Assembly: GCA_050246315.1 (NCBI GenBank) | Contig: JBFWWG010000007.1 | Coordinates: 64,001-128,000, forward strand | Origin: Nitrospiraceae bacterium | Lineage (GTDB): Bacteria; Nitrospirota; Nitrospiria; Nitrospirales; Nitrospiraceae | DNA length: 64,000 nucleotides | Direction of reading: 5' to 3' | In this document: positions 33,085 through 43,656 of the stretch, piece by piece | How the letters are laid out: every line of letters begins with the position of its first letter | Numbering within the stretch: the stretch's first letter is position 1 | The notes under the pieces: generated by a model | Databases searched by the model: none | What the model was told of the DNA's origin: nothing | The model's input: only the letters and a program-made list of their open reading frames with translations | Translations under genes and position numbers: made by a program

Positions 33085-33483
33085 TCACCCACCTCCCATC
33101 ACCGGGCTTCCATGATGGTGGATCATCAACCACTCATCCCCCACGCGCTCAAATAAGTTGGTCGCCAGAATCTTGGTCTGCACGGTGGCATCGTCCTGCT
33201 TGGTCGTCAGGTTCTCCGTGCAAATTACCCAGGCCACATCGCCGGCGACCTGGACCTCGACATCGGTCAATTCGAACTTCATGTCGAAGGTGTGGTTGAA
33301 AATCAGCACCCAAGAATCCCGCACCGCCGGCCAGCCTGAACGGAGTCCCCATCCGGGATGGATGCAGGTGACATAGTCTTGCTGGAGCCAGATCTTGTCC
33401 ATCTGCGTGATATCGAGGCTCTCGAAGGCTTCGTAAAACGCCTGGTTGACGCGCGCCACTTCTTCAATCCGTTGTTCAATCAT
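33085..33483 (-). CDS. SnoaL/NTF2-like protein
   Basis: NQAFYEAFESLD, VTCIHPGW, GWPAVRDSW, ATNLFER, WLMIHHHGS. Confidence 0.88.
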   Translation of the reverse strand: MIEQRIEEVARVNQAFYEAFESLDITQMDKIWLQQDYVTCIHPGWGLRSGWPAVRDSWVLIFNHTFDMKFELTDVEVQVAGDVAWVICTENLTTKQDDATVQTKILATNLFERVGDEWLMIHHHGSPVMGGG

Positions 33484-33740
33484 GAGGGCTCCTCGGTGAC
33501 CGGCATTGTTCGCGAACGCTGCTGCCGCAACCGCAAGTCGATCCGCTAGGTCTAATGATCAATGGACGGTTTCGTCACGAACCTTCGTGAGCAATGCGGG
33601 CTTGAAAGATCCCATGATACCGCAGACTTGCGCGGCGTGGCGAGGCACAAAGCGAGCGCCCGGCAGGCAGCGCGCCGTTCGACCGATGCAGGACGAGTTG
33701 TCAACGCTCGATGAGAGGAGAAACCAGACCGGAAGGAAAT

Positions 33741-34028
33741 CTACCGTGAGGACTTGGCTTGCGATGGCTTCTGCTTGATCGAGGGCTGATCTCGCACCGG
33801 TTGAAGAGCGCCGGGAGCACTATCCATGCGCAAGGCACGGATCATCGCCTGGCGCGACGCAAAGGACCTGCCGGCCAGCGGCCCCTTCTCACAGAGGTAC
33901 CCAGTCTTCACCCGATGGCAATCATGACGGTCCACCGGGCGGCTTTTCGCCCAGAGACTGTTCGGCAGGCCCACAACCAGGACTACCCCTGCGATGACCC
34001 CTGCCATGAAGGTTGTTCTCTTGTTCAT
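33741..34028 (-). CDS. Small secreted hypothetical protein
   Basis: AGGAGG RBS, signal peptide MNKRTTFMAGVIAGVVLVVGL..WA, DCH...YLCEKGPLAG. Confidence 0.6.
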   Translation of the reverse strand: MNKRTTFMAGVIAGVVLVVGLPNSLWAKSRPVDRHDCHRVKTGYLCEKGPLAGRSFASRQAMIRALRMDSAPGALQPVRDQPSIKQKPSQAKSSR

Positions 34029-34130
34029 ACGTCCTCCTGCGCGTGCTGCCATGGGAGGAAGTATAGCAGGCGGACCATACCTGGCCCGGCCAGAGACCGT
34101 CGGTGGAATGAAGTAGGAGACGGCGGGAGG

Positions 34131-35036
34131 TTACCCGGAAGGTTCCTTGGTCTGATAGCCCACGAGCCACACGCCGGCCAGGATCAGGACGATCCCCAGA
34201 GCTTCCCTCGGCCCTACTGCTTCGCCCAGAATCAGGGCGGATAGGAGCAGTGCAGAGACAGGGATGAGGTTCACGAAAACTCCAGCACGTGAGGGACCGA
34301 CTCCCTGAACCCCATAGAGCCAGGCCTGCTGACCGAGCGCCGTGGCAAAGACAATGAGGTAGCCGAGCGCCACCCATCCGCCAGTGGAGACCGTCGTCCA
34401 GCCCTCCTGCATCACCTTCTGGTCGGACCACAACAGCGGGATCTGCAGGACAATCGAGATGAGCAGCGTGGTCCAATTGATCGTGAGCGGCGACAGGCGG
34501 TCCATGACCGATCCGCTGCCGATGGTATAGAGCGCCCAACTGACCAATCCGAGGAGCACCAATGTTCCGCCCAACCAGGGATTATCGCCCGCGGCGCTCT
34601 CTCCACCCCCACCCGACACGAGCGCCACCCCGGCAAAGGACAGGGCGCTGCCGGCCACAACCTTTCGAAAGGGCACGTCTTTGATGAGCAGGGAGGACAA
34701 CAGCGCCGTAATGGCCGGGCTTGCTCCGATAATCACTCCCGCCGCCGCCGCACCAATGTAGCGCAGGCCGAAGAGGGTCAGCAGGTGATTGCCCAAGACG
34801 GCGAGACCCAACAGCGCAAGCAGCCACCGGTCCCGACCCACGAGCCGAATCGATCGGCCCTCCTGCAACCACCAGAGCGGAATCAGGATGGCCAGCGCAC
34901 CGATTCCCCGCAGCACCGACACCTCAACGGCAGAGAACGACGCCAACGCATATTTCTGCCCGACGATCGACCCGCCCCAGAGCACCGCGGCCAGAGTCAA
35001 CGAACCGTAGGCGATCGCCACCGAAGGAGAGGCCAT
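34131..35036 (-). CDS. DMT/EamA family transporter
   Basis: About 10 hydrophobic helices; LWGGS, GPSRAGVFVNLIPV, LILGE. Confidence 0.9.
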   Translation of the reverse strand: MASPSVAIAYGSLTLAAVLWGGSIVGQKYALASFSAVEVSVLRGIGALAILIPLWWLQEGRSIRLVGRDRWLLALLGLAVLGNHLLTLFGLRYIGAAAAGVIIGASPAITALLSSLLIKDVPFRKVVAGSALSFAGVALVSGGGGESAAGDNPWLGGTLVLLGLVSWALYTIGSGSVMDRLSPLTINWTTLLISIVLQIPLLWSDQKVMQEGWTTVSTGGWVALGYLIVFATALGQQAWLYGVQGVGPSRAGVFVNLIPVSALLLSALILGEAVGPREALGIVLILAGVWLVGYQTKEPSG

Positions 35037-35125
35037 ACCGCTGGGGATAACAGCGTCATGACGACCCGTCAAGGATTATTTCCGGCCGATTGTAGATTCG
35101 ACTACCGTGGCGGCAGGCCTGGGCG

Positions 35126-35779
35126 CTACGACGCGCCGAATTCCGGCTTCACCATCAATATGCCGTCTCTGATGGTCACCAGCACCGCGCTGACGAGCGG
35201 ATCGTCCGCGACTAGACGGTTCAGATCCTGGATAGTCCTGGTCCGATCGTCAGGAGGAGGTTGCAGAAGCACATCGCCCGACCAGAGCACATTGTCGATC
35301 AGGATCGCTCCCGTCGGCGCGATCAGCTCCAGGGCTCGCTGATAATACTGGATGTAATTCTGCTTGTCGGCATCGATGAAGATGAGATCGAACGGCCCCC
35401 GGACCTCCCGCAAGGTCTCCAGCGCAGGCCCTTCCCGGATCGTGATCTTCCTGCCGTGCCCGCTCTTCGCGAAATAGCGCCGTGCCACGAGGATCGGCTC
35501 GAGGTCGATCTCGCAGGTAAGCAGCTCGCCATCTGAGGGCAACGCCTCCGCCATTGAAAGGGCGCTATAGCCGGTGAACATGCCGATCTCCAGCACCCGC
35601 CTGGCCCTGACCAGCTTGACCATCATCTTGAGAAAGGCGGCCTCCAACGGTCCGACCAGCATTCTGGCCAATTCCATCGTGCGTTCCGTCTCTTCCCGCA
35701 GCTCGCGACAAACGGCCGACTCGCCCATAGAATGTTGTTCCGCATAGGCTTCGATCTCGGGACGCACCAACTCTTCCAT
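35126..35779 (-). CDS. Class I SAM-dependent O-methyltransferase (CCoAOMT-like)
   Basis: VLEIGMFTGYS, FDLIFIDADK, IDNVLWSG, IRDGI. Confidence 0.92.
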   Translation of the reverse strand: MEELVRPEIEAYAEQHSMGESAVCRELREETERTMELARMLVGPLEAAFLKMMVKLVRARRVLEIGMFTGYSALSMAEALPSDGELLTCEIDLEPILVARRYFAKSGHGRKITIREGPALETLREVRGPFDLIFIDADKQNYIQYYQRALELIAPTGAILIDNVLWSGDVLLQPPPDDRTRTIQDLNRLVADDPLVSAVLVTIRDGILMVKPEFGAS

Positions 35780-35866
35780 TTCAGACCTCCCCTGTGAAAC
35801 ACTTTCCTCACACCCTGGCGGGCGCTGTGCTCAAACTGTTCGCCATCATGCCGGAGGAGGTCGATC

Positions 35867-37417
35867 GTGGCAACACTCAGGACCCTTGATCCGTTACGCA
35901 CGCAGCTTCATACAATCCAACAGATCAACAGCGCGGCCTCGCTCTTATCCTGGGATATGGAAACCTACATGCCAGCCGGAGGCGGCGCGGCTCGGGCCGA
36001 TCACATCGCCACCCTGCAAGGACTGGCGCACGATCGCCTGGTGTCCTCCGATATCGAACGGTTGCTGGGCCAATGGCTGGATCTCCAGACCGGCAACCTC
36101 CAAGCACGCCCTGCAGATCCCTGGGATGAATCGGCCAAGGCGCTGCTTCGGGAGGTCTGGCGGGATTACAGCCGGGCCAAGAAACTCCCGTCCGATTTTG
36201 TCGTCAGGCTCGGCCGCGAATGTTCCCTGGCTCAGCAGGTATGGGTAGAGGCGCGCACCAAGAACGACTTCAAGCGATTCCTCCCCAACCTCACCACCAT
36301 CCTCGCATTGAAAAAGGAAGAGGCAGCCTATCTGGGCTACGCCCATTCCCCGTATGACGCCCTGCTCGATCATTACGAGCCCGGTGCCACCGCGAGCCAA
36401 CTCGTTCCCCTGTTCGAGGAATTGAAGGCGCGACTGGTCCCCTTGCTCAAGGCCGTGCTGGCCAGCCCGGTTTCGATTGACGATCACTGTCTGCATGAGC
36501 GCTATGACCCGGTGCGCCAGATGGAATTCGGCCGGGTGGTCTTAACGGCGATGGGATACGACTTTGAGCGCGGCCGTCTGGACTTGTCCGCCCATCCCTT
36601 TACGACATCGTTCCATCCGACCGACGTACGAGTCACCACCAGGGTCTCTGAACGGGACCTCGCATCCTGCCTGTTCAGTTGCATCCACGAGGGGGGGCAT
36701 GGGTTGTACGACCAGGGCCTGGACCCGGCTCACTATGGCACCCCGCTCGGCGACACAATCTCGCTCGGCATCCACGAGAGCCAGTCCCGTCTCTGGGAGA
36801 ACTGTGTCGGCCGATCCCGTCCGTTTTGGCGAGGCTTTTATCCGCTGCTGCAACAGAGCTTCCCGGAGCAACTGAGCAGGGTGCCGCTTGATCGCTTCTA
36901 TGCCGCGATCAATAAAGTGCAACCCTCGCTGATCCGGGTGGAGGCTGACGAGTTAACCTACAATTTGCACATCATGTTGCGCTTTGAGGTTGAACAGGAA
37001 TTGATTGAGGAGCGGCTCAGGGTCGAAGAGCTGCCGGAGAGCTGGCGCGAGAAAATGCGAACCTACCTCAATGTGGTTCCGGAGACCGATGCGGAAGGGG
37101 TCTTGCAGGACATCCATTGGTCGATGGGTGCATTCGGCTATTTTCCCACCTACACACTCGGCAACCTCTATTCGGTGCAGTTCTTCAATCAGGCCAAGCA
37201 GGAACTGATCGGGCTGGAGCAAGAGATCGAGGCTGGCCGGCTCACGGGACTTCGCCAGTGGCTCGGCCAGAAAATTCATCAATGGGGACGCATGTTCACC
37301 GCCGATCACTTAGTCCAGCGCGTCACGGGCCGGTCGCTGACTCCAAGCCCCTGGCTGTCCTACGTGGAGCAGAAATACGGCGAGTTATATCAGTTAGAGG
37401 GAAGATCGAAGTGTTGA
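35867..37417 (+). CDS. Carboxypeptidase, family M32
   Basis: HPFT, DVRVTT, HEGGH, HESQS, IRVEADE, QDIHW, GYFPTYTLG. Confidence 0.95.
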   Translation: MATLRTLDPLRTQLHTIQQINSAASLLSWDMETYMPAGGGAARADHIATLQGLAHDRLVSSDIERLLGQWLDLQTGNLQARPADPWDESAKALLREVWRDYSRAKKLPSDFVVRLGRECSLAQQVWVEARTKNDFKRFLPNLTTILALKKEEAAYLGYAHSPYDALLDHYEPGATASQLVPLFEELKARLVPLLKAVLASPVSIDDHCLHERYDPVRQMEFGRVVLTAMGYDFERGRLDLSAHPFTTSFHPTDVRVTTRVSERDLASCLFSCIHEGGHGLYDQGLDPAHYGTPLGDTISLGIHESQSRLWENCVGRSRPFWRGFYPLLQQSFPEQLSRVPLDRFYAAINKVQPSLIRVEADELTYNLHIMLRFEVEQELIEERLRVEELPESWREKMRTYLNVVPETDAEGVLQDIHWSMGAFGYFPTYTLGNLYSVQFFNQAKQELIGLEQEIEAGRLTGLRQWLGQKIHQWGRMFTADHLVQRVTGRSLTPSPWLSYVEQKYGELYQLEGRSKC

Positions 37418-37452
37418 GTGCTGAGTGCTGAGTCTCAGTCCTCAGCCTTTTT
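37411..37452. repeat. Heptamer tandem/inverted repeat forming a terminator-like hairpin between convergent genes
   Basis: TGAGTGC-TGAGTGC-TGAGT then CTCAGTC-CTCAGC and a T run. Confidence 0.6.
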
Positions 37453-38015
37453 TAATAGCCCATCAATTGGTTGAGCTTTGCCAGCGTGGTCGGGGAGAGC
37501 ATGAATTCTTCCTTGACCTCAATCCGATGTGGAACGAGCAGCGTCGTGTGGAAGACAATATCCCGAATGAAGATCTTGTTCTCTGGATTTTCAGGGGTGG
37601 TAAGTTCCACATCCTCTACGGACTTGATGATCTGGCTCGTATCCTGGGGACCGTAGTGCCCAATGACCGCCTGAATTAGGTCAACCACCTTGTGGTGCGT
37701 CTCGTTCGATTCGGCCTCTTTAGTCAGCAACGGAACGACCTCGTCCACCACCTGCTCGGTCACGGAAAAGTTCTCGACTCGCTCTTTTCGCCGAAGCGAC
37801 ATGAGATCGTTGTCGAGGTCCTTGCTGAACGCGCCGTAGGCAAATCGGAAATATTCGAAATGCAGGGCCCTGATCCCTTTGCTGAACAATTGCAACTCGC
37901 AGAGGAAACAGAGTTGCTGCAGCTTCACGTCGTTCAGCAACCCATGTGGCTCGGCCACATGCAGCACATACAGCAGCAGCGCCCGATCGATGGTCATATG
38001 GCTACTCTGCCTCAT
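37452..38015 (-). CDS. Panacea/SocA (DUF4065)-like protein
   Basis: VKLQQLCFLCE...HFEYFRFAYGAFSKDL resembles the KLQKLxY...F.AW.YGP pattern; GAGAGGGG RBS. Confidence 0.6.
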   Translation of the reverse strand: MRQSSHMTIDRALLLYVLHVAEPHGLLNDVKLQQLCFLCELQLFSKGIRALHFEYFRFAYGAFSKDLDNDLMSLRRKERVENFSVTEQVVDEVVPLLTKEAESNETHHKVVDLIQAVIGHYGPQDTSQIIKSVEDVELTTPENPENKIFIRDIVFHTTLLVPHRIEVKEEFMLSPTTLAKLNQLMGY

Positions 38016-38219
38016 GCCGTACGTCCCCTCTCTAAGAGCCGATCCTGCCCACGCGTCGCAGGCTCGGCGGGCGATTCGGTTGGAAAGGGGTGCACTATAG
38101 TGGCGGGCTTGAGGCCCGTCAACCTATTCCGTGGTAGAAAGAGCGCGTTCGGGTCTTTTTGATTCCCACCGTCTAGCCTCTTGACCAGATCACCCGTTTC
38201 GTTCTTAAATATCTGAATC

Positions 38220-38669
38220 ATGCCGAATCGAGCGACCATCGGAAAGCCCGTCAAGGAAATGGAGGACCTGCGCCATCATCTGTCCAAGCACAATCTGAAG
38301 CTCACCCGACAACGCGAGTTAATCCTCATCGAGTTTCTGAAGAAGGAACACATCACGGCAGAAGAGATGTACCACCAGCTCGCGAAGAAAGACCCTCATC
38401 TCGGCCTGGCCACCATTTATCGTACCCTCAACCTCTTCTGTGAAGTGGGGTTCGCCCAGGCTCGACATTTCGGGTCGCAAACACAGTACGACAACGTATC
38501 GCACAAGGGTCACCACGATCACCTCATCTGCACCGGATGCGGCAAGATCGTCGAATTCGAAAACGAGGACATCGAGCGTCTGCAGGAAGAAGTGGCCGGT
38601 GGACACGGCTTTGTCATCAAAACCCACAAGCTCGAACTCTACGGTCTCTGCTCCCAGTGCCGGAATTAA
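38220..38669 (+). CDS. fur: Fur-family transcriptional regulator
   Basis: KLTRQR, GLATIYRTL, HHDHLICTGCGKIVEF, GLCSQC; heads an iron-uptake locus. Confidence 0.92.
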   Translation: MPNRATIGKPVKEMEDLRHHLSKHNLKLTRQRELILIEFLKKEHITAEEMYHQLAKKDPHLGLATIYRTLNLFCEVGFAQARHFGSQTQYDNVSHKGHHDHLICTGCGKIVEFENEDIERLQEEVAGGHGFVIKTHKLELYGLCSQCRN

Positions 38670-38708
38670 CCTACCGCCTGGCCCATCACGAACAAGAATA
38701 GGTTGAAG

Positions 38709-39785
38709 ATGATGAATCGATTCAACAGCCCGTCGGGGCCGGCTCCCAACCGACCACCCCACTCGCGATGGATGCCGCTGGTCGTCTGTTTATGCAGCGT
38801 GATCTTGATCCTGGCGTCGTCACCCGTGGCACAGGCGGCGGACAAGGACAAGCTGGTCGTGTACTCGGGGAGGAGCGAGCGCCTCATCAAACCCGTGTTG
38901 GATGCATTTCAAAGCAAGACGGGGATTCAGATCGAACTGCTGTCTTCCGGAACAACGGAACTCGTCAACCGCCTGCAGGTTGAAGGGGATCGTACGCCAG
39001 CCGATGTGTTGATCACCAACGATGCTGGCAGCCTCGAACGGGCCAGGGAACTGGGGTTGCTCCAGCCGCTCAAGCTTCACGACATCGACCGGGCGATTCC
39101 CGTCCAATATCGAGCCGCTGATCAGAGCTGGATCGGACTTTCCGGCCGGTTTTGGGTCATCGTCTACAACAAGAACCTCGTGAAGCCTGAGGAGATCGTC
39201 TCGCTTTTCGATCTGGCCAAGCCGAGCTGGAAGGACAAGATCGGGATTCCTAACGCCGGCAGCGAATACCTCCAAGCGGGAGTTTCAGTCATTAAAGAAA
39301 CCTATGGTGATCAGCGGACCAAAGAGTTTCTGAGCGGTCTGAAGCAGAACGCAGGGTCCAGAGTCTACGGGAAAAGCTCGCAGATTGTGGAAGCGGTCGC
39401 CAAAGGCGAGGTGGCGGTTGGCATCGTCAACCACTACTATATCTATCGCCATCTGGGGGCGAACCCTTCTGCGCCGATCGCCGCCATCATGCCGGACCAA
39501 CAGGCCGGCGGGATGGGCGCGATTTTGAACGTCGCCGGTATTGGCGTGACCAAGGCCAGTCATCGATTGGACAGCGCGCGTGCGCTTGCAGAATTTCTCG
39601 TCGGCCAATCCGGTCAACAGCTCTTCGCCGAACTTAATAAAGAATATCCCCTCCATCCGGACGTCAAGGCCGACCCTGCGCTCATCGAGCGAACTTCCTT
39701 CCGAGCGGCCCCCGTTCCTCTCGCCAAGCTCGCGGAACTCAGGGACCCGACGATGGCCCTGATTGAGGATGTTGGGCTTCGGTAG
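38709..39785 (+). CDS. fbpA: Fe(III) ABC transporter substrate-binding protein (FbpA/FutA type)
   Basis: Signal peptide; LVVYSGR, EGDRTPADV, WIGLSGR, GIVNHYY Tyr pair, EYP. Confidence 0.9.
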   Translation: MMNRFNSPSGPAPNRPPHSRWMPLVVCLCSVILILASSPVAQAADKDKLVVYSGRSERLIKPVLDAFQSKTGIQIELLSSGTTELVNRLQVEGDRTPADVLITNDAGSLERARELGLLQPLKLHDIDRAIPVQYRAADQSWIGLSGRFWVIVYNKNLVKPEEIVSLFDLAKPSWKDKIGIPNAGSEYLQAGVSVIKETYGDQRTKEFLSGLKQNAGSRVYGKSSQIVEAVAKGEVAVGIVNHYYIYRHLGANPSAPIAAIMPDQQAGGMGAILNVAGIGVTKASHRLDSARALAEFLVGQSGQQLFAELNKEYPLHPDVKADPALIERTSFRAAPVPLAKLAELRDPTMALIEDVGLR

Positions 39786-39800
39786 TCGCGTTCAGCCCCC

Positions 39801-41390
39801 ATGACCGCGACAGTTCTCCGTCATCACCTGCTGTCGCCCCTTCAATTACTCGTCCTCCTGATTGCTGGCACCCTCTGCCTTCCATTGGGGTATGTGCTGG
39901 TGCAGGCGGCGACCACAGATCCGGCCTTGTGGAGCCGCTTGTGGCGGACCAGGTTACCTGAGTTGCTGGTCAACACCGCCTCGCTCGCTGTGACGGTATC
40001 CGGAGTCACGCTGCTCCTCGGCCTGTCCCTTGCCTGGCTTGTCACACGATATGAATTTCCGGGACGGACGATCTGGGAATGGGCCCTCATTCTGCCGCTG
40101 GCGATGCCGACCTTTGTACTGGCCTACGTCTATGCTCACCTGCTTTCAACCGGCGGCCCGGTGGACCGGCTTTGGCAGGTGGTGGCGGGACCCGATCATC
40201 ACGTGTTTGCCCCGCAAAGCTTGACCGGGGTGACGCTCGTGATGGCGCTCGATACATTCCCCTTCGTCTACGTGCTCTGTCGCGCGGCCCTCCTCAACAT
40301 GAATCTCTCCTTCGAGGAGGTGGCGCGTGCCTGTGGCGTCGGTCGCTGGCCGACCTTCCTACGGGTCACCGTGCCGCTCCTCCGTCCGGCGATCTTTGCC
40401 GGTCTCTCGCTGGTGGTGCTCTACGTGGTCTCGGACTTCGGCGCAGTATCAATGTTGCGCTACCAGACACTGACCTACGCGGTCTACCAGCAGATGACGG
40501 GACGATACGATTATGCTGCAGCCAGCGTATTGAGTCTGCTGCTGGTCCTCTTTGCGCTGGTGTTTCTCCTCACCGAACGGTGGTTCAGGCGTCGCAGTCG
40601 GTTCTACCAAACCGCGGGACGGTTCCGACAAGCACCCAGACAATATCCCGGCCTGGGACAGCGACTCGGTATGACGCTGTATGTCGGAGTGATCTTCGCG
40701 CTCTCCTTCGGTATTCCGGCCTGGCTGTTGCTCATCTGGAGTGCCGGTGCGTTTCAGGAAGGTGTGCTCGACGCTCGCTTCTTCGACTTTACCTGGAACA
40801 GTGTCAGCCTTTCGGCGACAGCCGCGACCGGCGCGGTCCTGCTGGGAGCGCCGGTCGCTTATCTCAGCACCCGCCGACCAGGCTGGCTGAACCACTTCTG
40901 CCTACATGCCTCCTACGCGGGCTACGTGCTCCCTGGCCCGGTGGCCGCCCTGGCGCTGCTGGTCATCGTGCTGGCGTTGGCACCAGCCTGGTACGGGTCG
41001 GCAGCGGTGCTCATCCTTGCCTACATCCTGCATTTCCTCCCGGTCGGATTGCAGTCGCTGGAGCCCGCGATTCAACAAGTCACCCCCAATCTGGAGGAAG
41101 CGGCCCGCAGCCTCGGCAGTACCCTATGGGACACCATGCGACGCGTGACGCTCCCGCTCATCCGCAACGGATTCTTCGGGGCTTGGATTTTGATGTTCCT
41201 CCAATGTATGAAGGAACTGCCGGCCACGCTCTTGCTGCGCCCGGTGGGGTTCGATACCCTGGCCGTGCGGGTCTGGTTGGAGGCCAGCGAGGAACTCTAC
41301 ACGTTGGCCGCTGCGCCGGCCTTGTTGATCGTCTTATTCAGCCTGCCGGCCCTCGCGCTCCTGGTGGCACGGGACTGGCGGGCGGGGTGA
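39801..41390 (+). CDS. fbpB: Fe(III) ABC transporter permease
   Basis: Two EAA loops (FEEVARACG, LEEAARSLG), DFGAV, MKELPATLLLRP. Confidence 0.9.
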   Translation: MTATVLRHHLLSPLQLLVLLIAGTLCLPLGYVLVQAATTDPALWSRLWRTRLPELLVNTASLAVTVSGVTLLLGLSLAWLVTRYEFPGRTIWEWALILPLAMPTFVLAYVYAHLLSTGGPVDRLWQVVAGPDHHVFAPQSLTGVTLVMALDTFPFVYVLCRAALLNMNLSFEEVARACGVGRWPTFLRVTVPLLRPAIFAGLSLVVLYVVSDFGAVSMLRYQTLTYAVYQQMTGRYDYAAASVLSLLLVLFALVFLLTERWFRRRSRFYQTAGRFRQAPRQYPGLGQRLGMTLYVGVIFALSFGIPAWLLLIWSAGAFQEGVLDARFFDFTWNSVSLSATAATGAVLLGAPVAYLSTRRPGWLNHFCLHASYAGYVLPGPVAALALLVIVLALAPAWYGSAAVLILAYILHFLPVGLQSLEPAIQQVTPNLEEAARSLGSTLWDTMRRVTLPLIRNGFFGAWILMFLQCMKELPATLLLRPVGFDTLAVRVWLEASEELYTLAAAPALLIVLFSLPALALLVARDWRAG

Positions 41391-41399
41391 TTTCCTAAC

Positions 41400-42605
41400 A
41401 TGCAACAGCCTCCCACGATCTCCGTCTCCGACACGCCCTCGCCGCGAAGCCATGTGGCCGAGCAGCCGAGCAAAGCGGGACTATCCACCGATCACGCTCC
41501 GGTCTTGGAACTCCGCCGCATTTCTTGCGCCTATCAATCCAACAGGTCGGCCATCACGGACATTTCCCTGACAGTGGGAAGCGGAGAAATCGTCTGCCTG
41601 TTAGGGCCGTCCGGGTGCGGAAAGACAACAACATTGCGGGCGATCGCAGGATTCGAACCGGTCGTGGCTGGAGAGATCTATCTCGCCGGCAACCTCATGT
41701 CCTCCCCATCCGTCCAAGTGCCGACCGAAGCGCGCAGTGTCGGGATGGTATTTCAAGAGTATGCGCTGTTCCCGCATCTCCGTGTCGCGGATAACATTAC
41801 CTTCGGGCTGACCAAGCTGCCCGCCGCCCAGCGTCAAGCCCGTGTGACTGCCATGCTTGAATTGACGGGTCTGGTCGGGTTGGAGCATCGCTACCCGCAC
41901 GAACTCTCCGGCGGACAACAGCAACGAGTGGCGCTGGCTCGCGCCCTGGCCCATCATCCCGTCGTCCTGCTGCTCGACGAACCGTTCAGCAACCTGGACC
42001 CGGACATGGCCTCCAAGATGCGCCGCGAGTTGCACATCCTACTGAAACGGACCAATATCACCACCATTCTCGTGACACACGATCATGAGGCCGCGTTCGC
42101 CATCGCCGACCGCATTGCGGTCTTGAACGAAGGGCGTCTGGAGCAACTCGACACGCCGGAAATGATCTACCACCTTCCGGCGACTCGCTTCGTAGCCGAC
42201 TTTGTCGGCCATGCCGACTTTGTCCCGGGCGTCGTACAGGATGGTCGGGTGACGACGGATCTGGGTGACTTCCCCAACCACGGGAAGTTTCCTCCCGGTA
42301 CGCCGCTGGTCGTCATGATCCGGCCTGACGACATTCGCCTCTCCCCGGACCCGCAAGGGCGTGCCCGTATCCTTTCGCGTCAATTTAGGGGATCGGAGAA
42401 TCTGTACAACATTCAGTTGCCCTCAGGCCGATTCATCCACAGCATCGAGTCTTCGACCGCGATTTATCCACCGGGCACATCCGTGACCATAAGGATCGAG
42501 GCAGCGCACACGGTGCTCTTCAAGCAACAGGCGGGTCCGGCATCTGCGTCAACCGATGCGCCACAACCGCCTGCATCCGGTATGATCGATGGAGGCCCTT
42601 GTTGA
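41400..42605 (+). CDS. fbpC: Fe(III) ABC transporter ATP-binding protein
   Basis: GPSGCGKT, VFQEYALFPH, LSGGQQQR, LDEPFSNLD, TOBE-like tail. Confidence 0.9.
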   Translation: MQQPPTISVSDTPSPRSHVAEQPSKAGLSTDHAPVLELRRISCAYQSNRSAITDISLTVGSGEIVCLLGPSGCGKTTTLRAIAGFEPVVAGEIYLAGNLMSSPSVQVPTEARSVGMVFQEYALFPHLRVADNITFGLTKLPAAQRQARVTAMLELTGLVGLEHRYPHELSGGQQQRVALARALAHHPVVLLLDEPFSNLDPDMASKMRRELHILLKRTNITTILVTHDHEAAFAIADRIAVLNEGRLEQLDTPEMIYHLPATRFVADFVGHADFVPGVVQDGRVTTDLGDFPNHGKFPPGTPLVVMIRPDDIRLSPDPQGRARILSRQFRGSENLYNIQLPSGRFIHSIESSTAIYPPGTSVTIRIEAAHTVLFKQQAGPASASTDAPQPPASGMIDGGPC

Positions 42606-42741
42606 AATTCTTGGCGGTAGACATGAGTCTGGTCCTTTTTCTTGAATGTGAATTTTGAGGATCGGTCATTTCTGCTTCTTGAGTCACTTTCGAATCATCC
42701 ATCGCTCGCTCCAATAGGCGGCCGGAGCCGATAAGATCGTA

Positions 42742-42784
42742 TTGACGGAGGCGTCACACCTGTGGTATTGAAAACCGTTATCAA
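42742..42784 (+). promoter_or_regulatory. Putative exbB promoter overlapped by a Fur box
   Basis: TTGACG (-35), TATTGA (-10) and 7-1-7 inverted repeat TGAAAAC-C-GTTATCA at 42769-42783. Confidence 0.7.
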
Positions 42785-42863
42785 CTACAGAAGTAGACTT
42801 ATGCCACGCTACGAGTCGTGTGTTTTATCATGATGGCGGTTTTGCGAATCGAGGGTACAGGCT

Positions 42864-43289
42864 ATGGAAGTCCTGAAAGAAACGGTGGATTACGGTGTGA
42901 TCGGGTTGCTCCTCGCGCTCAGTCTCTGGTGCGTAGCGGTTGCGGTGGAGCGGTGGTTGTTCTATCGCCAGGTTGACCTCGCCCAGTTTCCCAATCGGCA
43001 GGTTTTTGAGATCGCGCTCACCAAGCGCTTGGTGGTGATCGGCACGGTCGCGGCCAACGCACCGTATATCGGGCTCCTGGGAACGGTGTTGGGCATTATG
43101 TTGACCTTTCACACGATGGGGACCTCAAAAACGATCGCCGTCAGCGCCATCATGATCGGCCTGAGCTTGGCTCTCAAAGCCACCGCTGTCGGCCTGCTGG
43201 TCGCAATCCCCTGCGTCGTAATGAACAATGTGCTGAGACGGAAGGTCAGTGAGCTACTCACCCTTTATCAGGTCCAGCATGGATCGTGA
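42864..43289 (+). CDS. exbB: TonB-system energizer ExbB (short type)
   Basis: NAPYIGLLGTVLGIM, ALKATAVGLLVAIP. Confidence 0.95.
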   Translation: MEVLKETVDYGVIGLLLALSLWCVAVAVERWLFYRQVDLAQFPNRQVFEIALTKRLVVIGTVAANAPYIGLLGTVLGIMLTFHTMGTSKTIAVSAIMIGLSLALKATAVGLLVAIPCVVMNNVLRRKVSELLTLYQVQHGS

Positions 43290-43656
43290 GTTGAACCAAA
43301 TAAACGTGATCCCGCTCGTCGATGTGATGTTGGTTCTGCTGGTCATCGTGCTTACGACCGCAACCTTCATCACGACGGGGCAAATCCCGGTCGATCTGGC
43401 CAAGGCCAAAGAAGCGGGAGACAAGCAAGATGTCCCGTTGATCGTGACATTGACGGCGGACGGAGGTCTGTATTTCAACGATCAACCGGTTCAGCAGGAG
43501 GGTGGACTCAAGATTGCGATGAATACTCATCCTCGAGAATCGCTCGTCGTCGTACGGGCTGATCGTGTAACCATCCTGGACAGATTCGTGACCGTGGTGG
43601 ATGAAATCCGCGGCCTGGGGTTCCGTCAAGTCAGCCTTGAGGTCGTCAAGTCATGA
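43279..43656 (+). CDS. exbD: Biopolymer transport protein ExbD
   Basis: INVIPLVDVMLVLLVIVL, VVVRAD. Confidence 0.95.
   Translation: MDRELNQINVIPLVDVMLVLLVIVLTTATFITTGQIPVDLAKAKEAGDKQDVPLIVTLTADGGLYFNDQPVQQEGGLKIAMNTHPRESLVVVRADRVTILDRFVTVVDEIRGLGFRQVSLEVVKS

Noticed and set aside
32889..33299. 136-aa plus-strand ORF
   Set aside because: Translation of the repeat core plus antisense of the SnoaL-like gene
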